From positions 224,008,001 to 224,072,000 of the forward strand of contig NC_086097.1 in assembly GCF_963921235.1 (NCBI RefSeq): a stretch of 64,000 nucleotides of DNA. The letters run 5' to 3'. Position 1 is the stretch's first letter; every line of letters begins with the position of its first letter. Position numbers and translations under genes: made by a program. The notes beneath the pieces are model-generated. The model searched no databases. It was given only the letters and a program-made list of their open reading frames with translations, and was not told the DNA's origin. Positions 35,827-50,700 of the stretch are shown one piece after another. Source of the stretch: Mobula hypostoma (Eukaryota).

Positions 35827-38800
35827 TAGCTTTTTAAAGTATTGCAATGTGGCAAAACAACAAATTTCACGACATATGTCTGTGAAATTAAACCTGATTC
35901 TGATTCTTTATCTTAAAATGCATAGAGCAGTCTACAAACGTTTGTAAATGTCAATTAGTATAACTAGAAATTCATCACTTTGTCACATTTTCAACAATAT
36001 TCCACTTTGTGTTTACCACTGGTGGGAGTCAACCATGGATATTATGTACTAACTAACTACGTGATACCCCAGCTAGGGTGGTATAATATGGAGAGCAGAC
36101 TATTGCCCGTGCAGCAGGCTCTCCCTCTCCACACAGCTGACAAATCCAAAGGAACAGCTGAGACTGATACAGTTTGGCACTAGTGGCATTGCAGGAGCTG
36201 TCAGTCAGCATTGAACTCAATATAGGGACTCCAGCTTCAGATTTTTCCTCAGGGTTTACTCCTGAAAGCTTCCCAATGAGTAGATATAGACGCAAGGCAG
36301 CAGAGGTTAGAGTTTTAGGTTTTCTTCTCCTGGATGAGCTGCCATCCATGGCTGATGAGGCCAGCTGCCCAGAACAACTGGTTTTATGGCCCCTTTGCCC
36401 CTGATCCTGTCGGCAGAAATAGTTCTGCCCAGTTTAGTAGTTAAGCCACATGTGAAGTTCGGGAGCTGGACTTGGTGGTCAGAGTCTATTTGGAGATGCA
36501 CGTCGTTGTGAGTGCATTTAGTGAGTAGTGGGTGATTACCCCACTAATCCCCTTCTACCCCTCCCTCCCCCTCAGCTATGACAACCTCAACGAACCAGTA
36601 TCTACCACCTTGGCAGAATCCCGCTACATCCAGATGAAAGATAACACAAGATATACTGCAACTGGGTGGTGGTGGGAGTTCTGCAATCTAGGCAACCTGG
36701 ACTGTGCTGACTAAATTAATTTCATATAAGCTGTGAAATAAGCTACTCCAGTAATTCAGTCAGGTATATTACAGTATTTTAAAATACATACCTAAAAGAG
36801 GTAAAGTTCCAAAGCAGTGCCCTTGACTTTCATAGAAATTATGCGGAGAGTATGTAATATCTTTAAGAATTTAGAATCATTTAAAATCTCAGTTTGAAGC
36901 CACAAGTACAAATCTCATCTGTTATCTTTCTACAAAGTTGTTCATTAAATGAAAAATATTAAATATTAAAGCTGCTTAAATACATTAGCCACTTCAGAAG
37001 CAAAATCTGACCAATCCTCTTCTATATTAGTGAGTATTAAGAGTACTTTCATGAACATACATGATTTACTTTTTTGATTACACCCTTGTTAAATATTGTC
37101 ATATTGAGTTTATCAAAGCAACTTTGTAAAGGAAACACTTTTCTATTTTTGTTTTACAAAGTATTAGGAAAATGTAACGGATGCTTTAGTTTTCCTAAGA
37201 GCTTGAGGAAGAAGCCAATGACATTTTAAACATTACTGTGTTTCAGATTGTGCTACAATAGAACACAAAAAGAGATGTGATCACTCCATGGTTCATTTTT
37301 ACTAATTCTTGTGAATCCCTCAGACTGAACTACAGAAACACTGCAAAAAATTAATTATATTACAAAGATGCAATATAACATTGGTTAGAACAGCATGGAA
37401 TCCAGACACTCTGATAATACTTATTGTTGGCACATCTGAAATGCTGAGCACTTCACTGAAAACAATTAATTTCCTTCATATCTGAGTGGATTGTGTTTTG
37501 CTTTGGAAAGAGCTTGTAGCCAAAACAAAGTTTTGGAAATGTATCAAAGTTGTTATGGTACCTTAACAAATTATTAAAATTAACAACAAGGAAAGCTCCT
37601 AAGGCTGCCAACGACCAATCAAGTTATTCCTACACTTAGATTCACCAGCTTCAGAAATAAATTCTGTTACTTATCTACTTCTGATTGTCTTTTAACGTTA
37701 ATATAATCCAATTATTTACTGTAGTCAGCTGAACCAACTCGTAGTTAACCATTTCCTTGGAAGTAAATATTACTGTTACTGAAAAACAAACCTTGGATTT
37801 TGGGCTATATATTATCACTAGAATTATGAAATAATTTCAGCTTTATCTTTTAATTTTTGCATTAATATTAGATGATACAATTTTATATTGCAGAATATTT
37901 TGCCATTCCAACAAGCTCCATGGAAACCATTATGTAATAGGCTGCACATAACGTATGATTGGATCATCTGAACAGAGGAATCATTTCGGATTAATGAGGA
38001 AAGTAAGTTGGGTAAGACATATGGCAGGCAGGCAGAGAGTCAAGGGATATCATACTAGTGTAGTGTTTGCCTAAAAAAGCTGGTCACATTTGACTTTCAA
38101 TTTCTAACACTGAGAGACATACAGGAGTACACTGAAAGCTTCAAGGAAAGGGGTGAATATGCTGGAGAGAGTGCAGAGGAGATTCATCAGGATCCAGATT
38201 GAATGATTTTGGTTTTGGGGAAGAGATTAGATTAGCTGGACTTGTTTTCTCTGGAGTGAAGGAGGAGAGGGTGATCCGATGGAAGTATACAAACCTATAA
38301 GGGGCATAGTTAGGGCAGAGGGTCAGAATCTTTCCCCCCATAGTCAAAAACAAGAGGGCACAAGTTCAAGGTCAGAAGAATCTTGAGGGGAAAGGCTTTG
38401 TTTCACGGTCAGAGTGATCAACATCTGAAAATACCAGAGAAGACGCTGGAGTCGGATACAATCACTATGTTTAAGAGTAATGTTGACAGACATTTAAATA
38501 GGCAAGGCATTGAAGAATAAAGACAGTGTGGGCAAATTGGATTAACGTCAATGGGGAAAAATATTGATGTAGACATGGTGGGTTAGAGAACCCATTTCTA
38601 TGCTACACAAGTTTACGACTCCAATGGTATACTTACAATAATGATTTATCGATTTTTAGCATATATTCAAAAACTCTTCTCTCAACACTGTCACTACCCC
38701 AAACCTATCACATTCCTTGCTTGGTTTCCACTTCAAGACGCACATTTATTTACTCCAATTAGGGAAGGAAATCAAAGTACACCGTCTTTGGTCTCCATGC

Positions 38801-39247
38801 AATAACTTTTCATAGTTTAGGTAAAAATATCCTTCTGTATCGTGGAGATATACCCCTCTTCAGCAGGTACTTTACTTTCATGATGTACAGTTGATAGTCT
38901 TTGCCCATTTCAAATGAGGCCTTTATTGAAGCCTTAATTCCTCTCACTACTACCTTGATTATTCCAAAGGACAAAATTAGCTCAGAAAAAGATCATGTTG
39001 CCCTTATCCTAATTTATCAAATCATCCCTTACCCTTATGCTCATCAATCTATGATGAATCCAGCAATATCTAGATCTTAATAATTCTCGTATTTGTTACT
39101 TGATTGTTCTTTGATCTTGTCTGTCCAGTTACCTGTAAGCCAAACCCTCTGAAAATATGCACTTTCCAATTCTGACCTTCAGCTGACATGGCCTTAGCCT
39201 CTGCAACTGCTTCAGCGAACTTCTCTGCCTCTCTACAACTCTCTTTA

Positions 39248-39595
39248 AACAGAGTGGATGTGGCAAAGTTGTTTCCCATGATGGGGGAGTCTAGTACGAG
39301 AGGGCATGACTTAAGGATTGAAGGGCGTCCATTCTGAACAGAAATGCGAAGAAATTTTTTTAGTCAGAGGGTGGTGAATCTATGGAATTTGTTGCCACGG
39401 GCAGCAGTGGAGGCCAAGTCATTGGTGTATTTAAGGCAGAGATTGATAGGTATCTGAGTAGCCAGGGCATCAAAGGTTATGGTGAGAAGGCGGGGCAGTG
39501 GGACTAAATGGGAGAATGGATCAGCTCATGATAAAATGGCGGCGCAGACTCGATGGGCCGAATAGCCGACTTCTGCTCCTTTGTCTTATGGTCTC
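39248..39595 (+). mobile_element. CR1 LINE 3' end
   Basis: gtttcccatgatgggggagtctagtacgagagggcat...gggccgaatagccgacttctgctcct...tatggtct. Confidence 0.85.
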
Positions 39596-39967
39596 TACTT
39601 GCTTCAAGATCTTCCTTAAACATACATGTTTAACCCAGTTTGGATCACCTCCACCAAGTGCATCTTGTTAGATATGGTTCCATGAAGGACCTTGGAACAT
39701 TTGAATGGCTTAGCATTTCCAGAAAAATGGGAGCCACTTGCCAAGGCCATTCTTCCACATGGCAAGTCTGAAATTGCACTTTGTGGATCCAGTGTCAATG
39801 CCCTGCCTGGTGCCAGCTTGCCTGCCCACAGAGAGGCCCTGCGAAGTGTCAGGGTTTCATGTGCATAATAGCGGTGAGGCAGGGGATAAGGAAGCAGAGG
39901 TGGGAAAAGAGGGTGGGGCTTAGAACATGTCATTACAGACGAAGAAAAACCTTGCAAACTAAAGGCC

Positions 39968-40290
39968 AATCAGAATCAGGCTTAATATCACCAGCGTATA
40001 TCATGAAATTTGTTGACTTTGCGTAACAAGTAACTACTGTAGCTCAAAGTATATATATATCTTAAATAGTTAAATTAAATAAGTGGTGCAAAAATAGAAA
40101 TAAAAAGAGTAGTGAGGTAGTGTTCATGGGTTCAATGTCCATTCAGAAATCTGATGGCGGAGGGGAAGAAGCTGTTCTTTGAATGTGTGCTTCATATGTA
40201 CCTCCTTCCTGATGGTAGCAATGAGAACAAGGCATGACCTGGGTGATGGGAGTCCTTAATGATGGATGTTGCCTTTTAGAGGCATCCGTC
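39968..40290 (-). mobile_element. Rex1/Babar-like LINE 3' end
   Basis: aatcagaatcagg.ttaatatcacc tail (reverse), also seen at ~50248-50490 and in plus orientation at ~17400 and ~60050. Confidence 0.75.
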
Positions 40291-42267
40291 ACATTCTCTA
40301 GCTTAGTTAAGCATCTCACCTACCTATTGAATTCTTCCGAATTCATTAAACCTTTCAAATTTTTAAAAAATTATAAAAGTATTTAAATTTAAATAATTGG
40401 AAACAATTAAAATACTTAACTAAAATTACATTTATTCTGAAAATGATAACTTAAACTAACCTACTTGCAATGGTTTCCTTTAATTCAAAGGAAACACTGT
40501 TCCTGCTTCAGACTTCTCTCCAGATACGTTGTGGAAAATTACCTCAACTTTTCTGTCAGGGAATGAACTGCGAAGGGTGGTGACTGGCAGCCAGGAAGTG
40601 CACACTTTTATATTTATGTGGAAATCTGGATCTTGGTGCTTTCATTTGCTCACAAAATTCCAAGCCATTCAATTTTTGTTTGTTACTTTTTATGTCCGTT
40701 TTGGATGTTTGTCTAATATAAACATATATTTTATTTCAGCTATGTATAACAGAGTAACAGTTACAGGCAGAAAAAACATTCACCCACACAGCTAATTTAT
40801 CCACAGAATTCTCACGTTGCACTGCTAACACTGAATTCCAAAGGAATTTGTCCTGTTTCTTCTTTGAAAACAATGGCTTTTATTCTGCCATCCACACGCC
40901 TGCTAACTATTCTGCATGCTAATTTAGCCACGAATAAAAGAAAATTTTAAAGTGCAGAATGCTTTCTTTAAATTTCACAAATATGATTCACCTAACTGAA
41001 TTCTGCAGATAACAAAAAAAAACTCCTTTGGGTAAAACTGATCATGAATTTGCAATGTCAATTAGAAATTAAAAACTGGAGGGGTAATCTCTACAGTGAC
41101 CATGACATTAACAGCAGGCAGGTTACACAAAGAGATGTAGAAAGGTCATCAACTCCTGAAGCTAACACTACTTTTCCCTTAAACAACACTGCCTTACTGA
41201 CGAGGATTTTCACCTTTCATATTTTTATTTGAGGTGACCCGAGGGTTTTGGTGGAATAGTTTTATCTTGTGTGCTCGCCTGCTTGTTTATGAGTAGTGCA
41301 ACTTTGCTGCTGATGGGTGAAGATCTGAAGCTTAGCTCGAAGGAACACAATAAAAAATCAACATACTAATAATTCACCAGTTCGCTTTTGTAACTCACCC
41401 TGACTCTTAACAGTCTTTTCAATGCTGCAAGGAATTTCTATCATCTTGTGTTTTGTTATACGAGCTTGCTGTGAAACAATGCAGTTGAAAGTTTAAGGAT
41501 GGTCTATGTTGACTTTGCTCAGCCAACACCTTTTCATGATAAATATTGCTTGCAATGCACTTCCTGTTAGTCACTGTCCATTATGCTGCTGGTATTTAGG
41601 ACAGAAATGAAGATCCTCCATCTCTGTTTGTTCTTGGCCATATATCATCCCTACACAGTGACAGAAGGGTTTCCCATTGCTGTTTCCGTAACAAACTTTT
41701 TTGACCAGTCAGGGTTGCTAGCCCTGAGCTGAACACATGAATCTGGAGGACTGGTGGACCGCTCTTCGTCTGGCCTCTACCCTTTGACCTGTTTGGCATG
41801 GGTGACCCTACCAAGGGCTAAAGCATAAAGCTGGACTCCAGCCAACATGCTGTAACTCTCTGGGTCACCAAGGCACGAAGACCTGCAAACCCTACAAGGT
41901 GGCAGTCCTCTTTGAGGGCACGTCCTGTTACTTCTGTAAAACATTCTGTGGCAAAGTGCTACTTTCCAAAGTTCCCATTCAATATCTAAATCTGTCATTA
42001 TGAATCATACTTCTCCATGTAAAATTCCACAGGAATATTATGAAAACATAACTGAAAATGTTGCCCCATTCCAAGCAATGTGCATGCCCTCTTCTCATTG
42101 CTGCCATCAGAGGTAGAGAGCCTGAAGGTACACTCTCAACAATTCAGGAACAGCTCTTCCCCTCTGCCATCTGAACTGATGTTGAACCAATTAACACTAC
42201 CTCATTACTTTTTTTATTTCCTATTTTGTTTTTGCATGACTTACGTAACTAGTATATTATATACATA

Positions 42268-42566
42268 ACAAGGCATCTGTTAGTCTTGCGGGACCATGGA
42301 CCTGCACCTGGAAAGTCTTCACTCTCCAGGGCGCAGGCCTAGGTAAGGTTGTATGGAAGACCAGCAGTTGCCCATGCTGCAAGTCTCCCCTCTCCACGAC
42401 ACCAATGTTGTCCAAGGGAAGGGCATTAGGACCCATACAGCTTGGCACCAGTGTCATTGCAGAGCAATGTGTGATTAAGTGCCTTGCTCAAGGACACAAC
42501 ACGTTGCCTTGGCTGGGGCTCGAAGTCATGACCTTCAGGTCGCTAGTCCAATGCCTTAACCACTTA
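42268..42566 (-). mobile_element. tRNA-derived SINE (CORE-like centre)
   Basis: Reverse complement homologous to 63082-63393. Confidence 0.8.
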
Positions 42567-43917
42567 AGTATATATATACTGTGTGTGTATATGTGTACAC
42601 ACACATACACAGTTTCTTTATATTATCATGTACTGCTGCCACAAAGTTAACACATTTCAAGACATATGCTGGTGATATTAAACCGTATTCTAATTCTGAC
42701 ATGCTCTGATCTTTCATTTGTGATGGAAAATATCATGAACTATAATGATAGAATTAATATAAAGGATAGAAGCTTAATCATACACAAAATTGGTTGGTTC
42801 TGCTGTTCATTGTCAGCGAGTTGTATTATGCAAAATCAATGAGGAACCCTGTACATCTGGTTATGAAGTGGCAATGATAAACACTTGGGAGCTGGGTTGC
42901 TGTGTCTATCCCATTAGGTGGAGAATGTTGCTCAAAATAAGGATCATGGGAGCGACAGACAAACAGAACTTGTGTAGGAAAGTGAATATAATTATCTTTC
43001 GCATTTTTAATTTCATCATACATATTAAAACTTTAATGAAAATCCAAATGAATTTAAAATTGACTTGATTGGTAGAGTTGAGTGGAGACTTGTAACAGTC
43101 TTTGGAATTGTGTCATAAGTTTCAGCTCATTTTTGTTGGTTGCTTTCAAAAATCCTTTCAGGATCAATAATATTGGCTATCGTGTTCAAGTGTAAGTTTA
43201 TTGTCATCTGACCATACATAAAAACAACCAAACAAGACAATGTTACTCCAGACCATGGTACACCCACAAAACATATATCACACACAGCACATAAAACAAA
43301 ATATTATCACAAATAAGTTAGTCAGATATAATTCAAAGTGCATGTCGTGCACAGCACTGGTAACAGTAAACAGTTTGCTGTCCTAGTGACGAGACCTCGG
43401 TGGCATTAGTCTCAAAGCTGAGGGAGGAAGCTGTTACCCAGTCTGGCAGTCCTGGTCCTGATGCTCCTGTACCTCCTTTCTGAAGGTAGTGGGTCAGATG
43501 GGCGGTAGGGATACAATGTATACAACGCTCCCAGTAAAAATGGGGGAGGGGAGAAGGGAGGAGGGAGACTCAAGTGATTCTCTTGGTGGTTTTTCACTAT
43601 TCTCTGTACAGTTTTGTGGTCTGATGCCTTGCAGATTCCGTATTACATAATGATGCAGACAGACAGGACACCCTCGATTGGTGCTCCACTAGAAAATTGT
43701 TAGAATAGGGTTGAGGAGACTAACGTGTTTCCATCTTCTGAATGCAGTTGGCCTAGCAACAGCAGTTTTTGCACATTCCAGTTTGGGGGCGGGGGGGTGG
43801 GGGGGGGAAGATTCCTGAAAAAAAAAAGTTAGGCTTCTTTATATGCATGATGCTTCACAACCTACCTACACAAAGTTGGCGTACTCCTGTTGTACATGGA
43901 TGTCCATAGTTTATCTA

Positions 43918-44473
43918 CACTTGGCGACCACTTTATTTGGCGCACTTTCACATCTGCTTGTTAATGCAAATGTTTATATCAGCCAATCATGTGGCAACAA
44001 CTCAATGCATAAAAGCATACAGGCACCGTCAACAGTTTCAGTTGCTGTTCGGACAAACATCAGAATGGGGAAGAAATGTGATCTAGGTGGCTTTGACACT
44101 GGAATTATGGTTGGAGTCTGATGATATGGTTTGAGTATCTCAGAAGCTGCTGATCTCCTTGGATCGTCACTCACAACAGTCTCCAGAGTTTCCGGAGAAT
44201 GGTGTGAAATACAAGAAATACGGTCTGCGGGCGCAAGTGCCTTGTTAATGGGAGAGGTCAGAGGAGGATGGCCGGGCTGGTCCAAGTTGACATGAAAATG
44301 ACAGTAAGTCAAATAACTATGCATCACAACAGTGCCGTGCAGAAGAACATCTTGGAGTGCACAACATGTCTCACTTTGAAGTGGATAAGCTACAGCAGCA
44401 GAAGACCATGAGCATACACTCAGTGGCCACGTTACTAGGTACAGAAGGTACCTAGTAAAGCGGACACTGACTG
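43918..44473 (+). mobile_element. Tc1-derived non-autonomous element
   Basis: TA-flanked degenerate TIRs (cactcagtggccac-type). Tc1 N-terminal remnant MGKKCDLGGFDTGIMVG...ISEAADLLG. Confidence 0.75.
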
Positions 44474-45184
44474 TAGGTTTCTGCTATAGCAAAACAGCTT
44501 TAGGTCAAAAAAAAAAAGAATATTTTTAAACATTGCTGACTCTTTCACACCCAGATTCCAGCACCATAATCTCTCCACCACAAAGACATACTTTTATTGC
44601 TCCATTCCAACCTCAGCATATTTGTTGTCGAATATTTCATTCACATTTTCATCACCTCTTACACGACTGAGAGTCATGTCTTTAATTATCCAGAATTCTA
44701 CGCTGACAGCCAAGCCTCCAGTTCTCCAGGATCCTAGAATGACAGCCATACCTTCTATTCTCTGGTAGTCCACATTTTGGAATTCCCTTCACAACACCCG
44801 TATCTCCAACTCTTTCTCCGAGATCCTAGCTAAAGTTCACCACTTTGATCAAGCTTCTGACCGTTCCAGCCTGCATTCACTTTTTCAATTTGGTATGTGA
44901 CCTTGCCAAGAGTGTCACTTTCATCAAAGACACTTGTTGCTAACTAAGGAGAAGTTGTATCATAACCCAATATAGGAAAAGATATGATTTGTTTACCATT
45001 GTTTTAATGCAACAGAAGGTGTGGGAATGGAATTCTATGAAATGCCATTGTATGGAGGAAGATCCACAGGCTCCTTTGAAGAATACTGTAAACAGAGGGT
45101 ATTATCCTGTTCTTATTTGGATCTCATATCTTGTGTCCTGAAGTATTTCAGCTTGCTACTAATTTCCTTAATTCCCTGACATAG

Positions 45185-47792
45185 ACTATCATTGCTGAAA
45201 GAAGACTATAGCTGGGAGCTTAAACCCCAAGGATACGCATTGTACCAAAAGGACAGGCGAGAACGCAGAAGGGGTGATGTGGCTCTGTTGGTAAAAAATG
45301 AAATTAAATCATTAGGAAGAGATGACATAGGGTTGGAAGTTGTTGAATCATTGTGGATAGAGCTAAGGAACTGTAAGGGTAAAAAGACACTGATGGGAGT
45401 TGTATACAGACCTCCAAACAGTAGTAAGGATGTGGTCTACAAGTTACAACTGGAGTCAGAAAATGCATGCCAAAAGGGCAATGTTGCAATAGTCATGAAG
45501 GATTTCAATATGCAGATAATTAGGGGATCCACTAGGGGATCAGATATTCTGGACTGGATGTTATGTAAAGAACTGGAATTGATTAGAGAGCTTAAGGAAC
45601 CCTTAGGGGAAAGTGATCATAATAAGACGAAATTCACCTTGAAATTTGAGGAGTAGTATCAGTATTACAATGGAGTAAAGGAAATTACAGAGGCATGAGA
45701 GAGGAGTTGGCGGATTGGAAAAGAACACTGGCAGGGATGACGACACAGCAGCAATGGCTAGAATTCTGGAAGCAATTCGGAAGGCACAGGATATATACAT
45801 CCCAAAGAGGAAGAAGTATTTTAAAGGCAAGATGACACACCATGGCTAACAAGAGACATCAAAGCCAACATAAAGGCCAAAGAGAGGGCATATAATAAAG
45901 CAAAAATTAATGTGAAGCTAGGAGATTGGGAAACTTTTAAATGCCAACAGAAGGAAACTAAAAAAAGTAATTAAGATGGTAAAGGTGGAATATGAAAGTA
46001 AACTAGCCAATAATATTAAAGAGGGTACCAAAAGTTTCTTCAGATACATGAAGTATAAAAGAGAGGCGAGACTGGATATTGGACTGCTGGAAAATGATGC
46101 TGGAGAGGTAATAATGGTGAACAGGGAAATGGCTGATAAACTGAGTAACTATTTTGCATTAGTCTTCATCATGGAAGACACAATCAGTATGATAGAAGTT
46201 CCAGGTGTCAGGGATCATGAAGTGTGTGAAGTTACCACTACTAGGGAGAAGCTGTTTGGGAATCTGTAAGGTCTGATGGTAGGCGACATCACCTAGACCA
46301 GACTGTGCACACTCCAGGGTTCTGAAAGAGGTGGCTGAAGAGATAGTGGAGACATTAGTAATGATCTTTCAAGAATCACTAGATTCTGGAGTGGTTCTGG
46401 AAGACTAGAAAATTGTAAATGTCACTCCACTGTTCAAGAAGGGAGAGAGGCAGAAGATGATAAATTATAGGCCATTTACCCTGACTTCAGTGGTTTGGAA
46501 GATGTTGGACTCAATTGTTAAGGATGTGGTTTGGGGTACTTGAAGACACATGATAAAATAGGCCGAGTCAGTATAGTTTCCTTAAGGGAAAATCTTGCTT
46601 GACAAATCTGTTGGAATTCTTTGAAGAAGTGGCAATCAGGATAGACAAAGTAGAATTGGTTGATGGTGTGTATTTGTATTTTCCGAAGGCCTTTGACAAG
46701 GTGCCACACATGAGGCAGCTTAACAAGCTACAAGCCCAAGGTATTACAGGAAAGATTCTAGCATGGATAAAGCAGGAGGCAAAGAGTCAGAATAAAAATG
46801 GCCTTCTCTGGTTGGCTGAAGTGACTAGCGGTGTTCCACTGGAGTCTGTGTTGGGATCGATTCTTTTTACATTACATGTTAATAAATTGGATGCTGGAGT
46901 TGATGGCTTTGTTGCAAAGTTCACAGATGATACAAAGATAGGTGTAAGGGCAGATAGTTTTGAGGAAATAGAGAGGCTATAGAAGGACCTAGACAGATTA
47001 GGAGAATGGGCAAGGAAGTGGCAGATTGAATACAGTGTCAGGAAGTGTATGGTCATGCACTTTGGTAGAAGGATTGACTATTTTCTAAATGCAGAGAAAA
47101 TACAAAAATCTGAGGCACAAAAGGGACTTGACAGTCCTTGTGCAGGGTTTCATACAGGTTAATTTGCAAGTTGTGTCCATGGTGAGGAAAGCAAATGCGA
47201 TGCTAGCTTTCATTTCAAGAGGACTAGAATATAAAAGCAAGGATGTAATGTTGAAACTTTATAAAGCATTGTTGAGGCCCTACTTATCATATTGTGAGCA
47301 GTTTTGGATGTGCTGAAACTGGAGCAGGTTCAAGGAAATGTTTCAGGATTAAACAGCTTGCTACATGAAGAGCGTTTGATGGCTCTGGGCCTGTATTCAC
47401 TGGAATTCAGAAGAATGAGGAGTGACCTCATTGGAACCTATCTAACAGTGAAAGGCCTTGATAAAGTGGATGTGGAGAGGATGTTTCCTACGGTGCGGGT
47501 ATCTAAGACCAGAGGACACAGCCTCAGAATAGAGAGGCATCCTTTTAGAATGGAGACAAAGAGGAATTTCTTTAGCCAGAGAGTAGTGAATCCCTGGAAA
47601 TCGATGCCACAGGCAGCCATCTTCATGTATATTTAAGGCAGAGGTTGATAAATTTTTGATTCTTCAGGGAATGAAAGGATACCAGGGGAAGACAGGCGAC
47701 TGAGGCTGAGAGGAAAAATGGATCAGCCATGATGAAATGGCGGAGCAGACTCAATGCGCCAAATGGCCTAATTCTGCCCCTATATCTTATAG
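45185..47792 (+). mobile_element. CR1 LINE ORF2 (endonuclease-RT) and 3'UTR, degenerate
   Basis: GVVYRPPN, GESDHN, KAFDKVPH, VTSGVP..SVLG, AKFTDDTKIG, NFFSQRVVN. Confidence 0.9.
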
Positions 47793-50700
47793 AGCTCTAT
47801 TCAGTCATGGTGAGCTAAACCAAGTGCCTGGAAAACTATCTTGGACAAGATAACCTTGTTCTTTGAAAAAAAGGGGATTAAATGACTGTGTTAGAGTAAA
47901 TTTATAAAAGAGTTTAATACGCCACTGCATATTAAAAAATATCTAATATTCTAATGTATTTTTGCTCCTGAAAATTCTACATAGTTCTATGTCTTTAAGT
48001 TATTAGTTTAAGCCTGATTTATAAGATGCAACAAAAAGGTATTATGAGGAGAATTTAAAAGCATATAAGGAATTAACAGGTTATTTCCAATGTGTGACGA
48101 TTTAGTGCAAAGCCTCATTTTGAATTTTCACATTTATCTTGCCCACTAAAACTTATTTTTGCAGAATACAAAATAACAACCTAAATGAAAACAACTAATA
48201 TCTTTATTAACATCTTAAAATCTTAATAACTATACATAAACTTCTCAACTGTTTTCCTAATTCAGAACTAATCATTTTATTTTAAAATATTTTGTCCAAA
48301 ATATATTTTTGCTGATAGTAATCTTTATTACTATTACTATTTAGTAATACAATACTGTCAAAAATGTTCTTTAAACTCAAATTCTCACCCTAAATTATTG
48401 TTTTCTAAAATTTAAAAGAAAACATTAGAACATGTAGCCAAATCCAAAGAACTCCTGTTTCTATGGCAACATTGATTTTTTAGCATTGCTTTGAGACTAA
48501 CTAAGACAAAAATATTCACTTGTTTGAAGGATTGAATTACCAAACAACCAATGGGAAGAATTCCATGGTCAGCAAATGCAGTGTAGATTTGTGCCCATTC
48601 CAAATAATACATTCAACTGATCAACATCATGTTGACCTCAAGCAAAGGGAGAAAATTATTGATGGAATTAAAAATCTGCAATTTACCTAAAAAATCTGTT
48701 GGTTGTAAGCTTTGAGATCTAATATTTAATGAATGGATGTGTTAAAAATAGTAATTTGCTACAACATAGTCATTGATCCCAATGAGATTATGCAAATTAA
48801 CATGGAAGAAAAATTCTAAAATTGATCATAGTTTCAATTCAAATTCCCAACAATGACAATTCTAATAAGATTGAGATACACTGTTAATTTTAATCATGGT
48901 CAGAAACCTGTCAAGAATCAAAGTGATCAAAACTACACAAACTTTCAAGGATTCAAAAAGTTCTTTCTCCCTTTCAGCAGGATCAGAACATTTAAGATTT
49001 GATAACAATATCAAAACTGCCACCATGGACAGTGAATCTGTTTAGCTAAGTAATGCAAGCACTGCATTTAAATAATGGAATCTCTTGTCTATTTTCCAAA
49101 ATAAAATTTTATGTAAGGTAATAGTCTTGTGAATTATTTCCCAAGCTGCCAATATTGCTCCACGCAGTCGCTTGATTTCAATGCAGTAACCATTTAAATA
49201 CTTAGTTAATTTTGCTTTGCTGTGATACACATTATACTTGAGAGTGTTTTTAAATGTCATCCTCAGTTCTCCGCTCCCAGGTTGGGTATTTTGGTCAATG
49301 ATGACATGAGTTAGTAAGTTAGAAAGCTATTTTTAGTTGATGATCTGATTACTCTGAACCACCTCAATAAACTCCAGTCTTTTCCATTAGTAGGCAGGTG
49401 ACAAACAGCTTAATGCCCACATCCAAATGAACAATGTTCACAATTTTGTTGTACAATATATATTTTACATTTAAAAGCTAATGTCATTTGACCTTTTAAA
49501 AAACAACACTTCACTACTTGAAAACAGCTGGATTTAAGCTGATTCTTTTGGAATACCCAAATCCAAACTGCGGTAAATTCAGTGTTGTGGGGTTTCATTC
49601 TGAAAGTTGTACTGTGTACTTATATTAGCCTTCTTTAAAAAAGTGTGGAGTCAACGTGGTCTTTTATTTCACATGACTGATGATTTCTCTAACCTAGAGT
49701 GTCAAAACAATACCTAAATTTTTATTTTAGATTTTTTCCCCAATTTTTCTCCTCTTGTATAGCAAGGGACTCATGTTATAGTTCTATAGTGATCAACAGT
49801 CCTGCAAAATCATGGTTGCTATTACCTCTATCAACCACTGCCAGCAGGATACTAGACCATGTTAATTCTGGTTTGAATACATGAAATTTCCATCAGGAAA
49901 TTCAAGATACTATATAATTTTGGGATTAGTATGTTCTCCTTTCTTTCCGAACTGAGGGACACTGTACAACTTACACTAAAAAATCTAACCTGGCTAAGTT
50001 ATCTGAAAACAGTATAGAGATCTTATTTACAGGGTTCAAAACATCATGGGCAATGGATTTAATTGTTGAGCCATATGGGATGCCTTGATCCTGACTGTAG
50101 ATGAATTAACAATTTAAATATTGTTCCAGCCAAGTGTCTCTCGTGCCTTTGAAATGGAAATTAAATGATGGTTCCAACCATGTTTTGTGCACTGCACAGC
50201 ATTTACATGCACATATGCCCTGCTTAAACTCTGCACCTTACTACTACCAGAATCAGAATCAGGTTTAATATCACCGGCATATGTCGTGAAATTTGTTAAC
50301 TTTGCGGCAGCGGTACAATGCAATACATAATGATAGAGAAAAAGAAAACTGTGAATTACAGTAAGTATATAAAGTAGATAAATTAAATAAGTAGTGCAAA
50401 AATAGGAAATAAAAAAGTAGCCAGGTAGTGTTCATGGGTTCAATGTCCATTCAGGAATTGGTCGACAGAGGGGAAGAAGATGTTCCTGATTCTGATTCTG
50501 AAATATCACATACAGTACATCAATCATAAAGAATTTTCATTATTACCACATTACCTTTTCACATAAAATAGTCATTGTGAAAATGAAGTACAATTATATC
50601 CCATTACAAGAAATTTACAAGGAAATTATTTAAAGCGACTGCAATTTTATAGCCAATCTTGTTATGGTGACAACTGAAGATACTGCTTGAAGGCAGATCT

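Noticed and set aside
39070..39279. Ala/Glu-rich minus-strand ORF resembling the junctophilin helix (EAEKFAEAVAEAKA)
   Set aside because: It lies in intron 1, starts within a CR1 fragment and does not match the JPH exon 3 sequence
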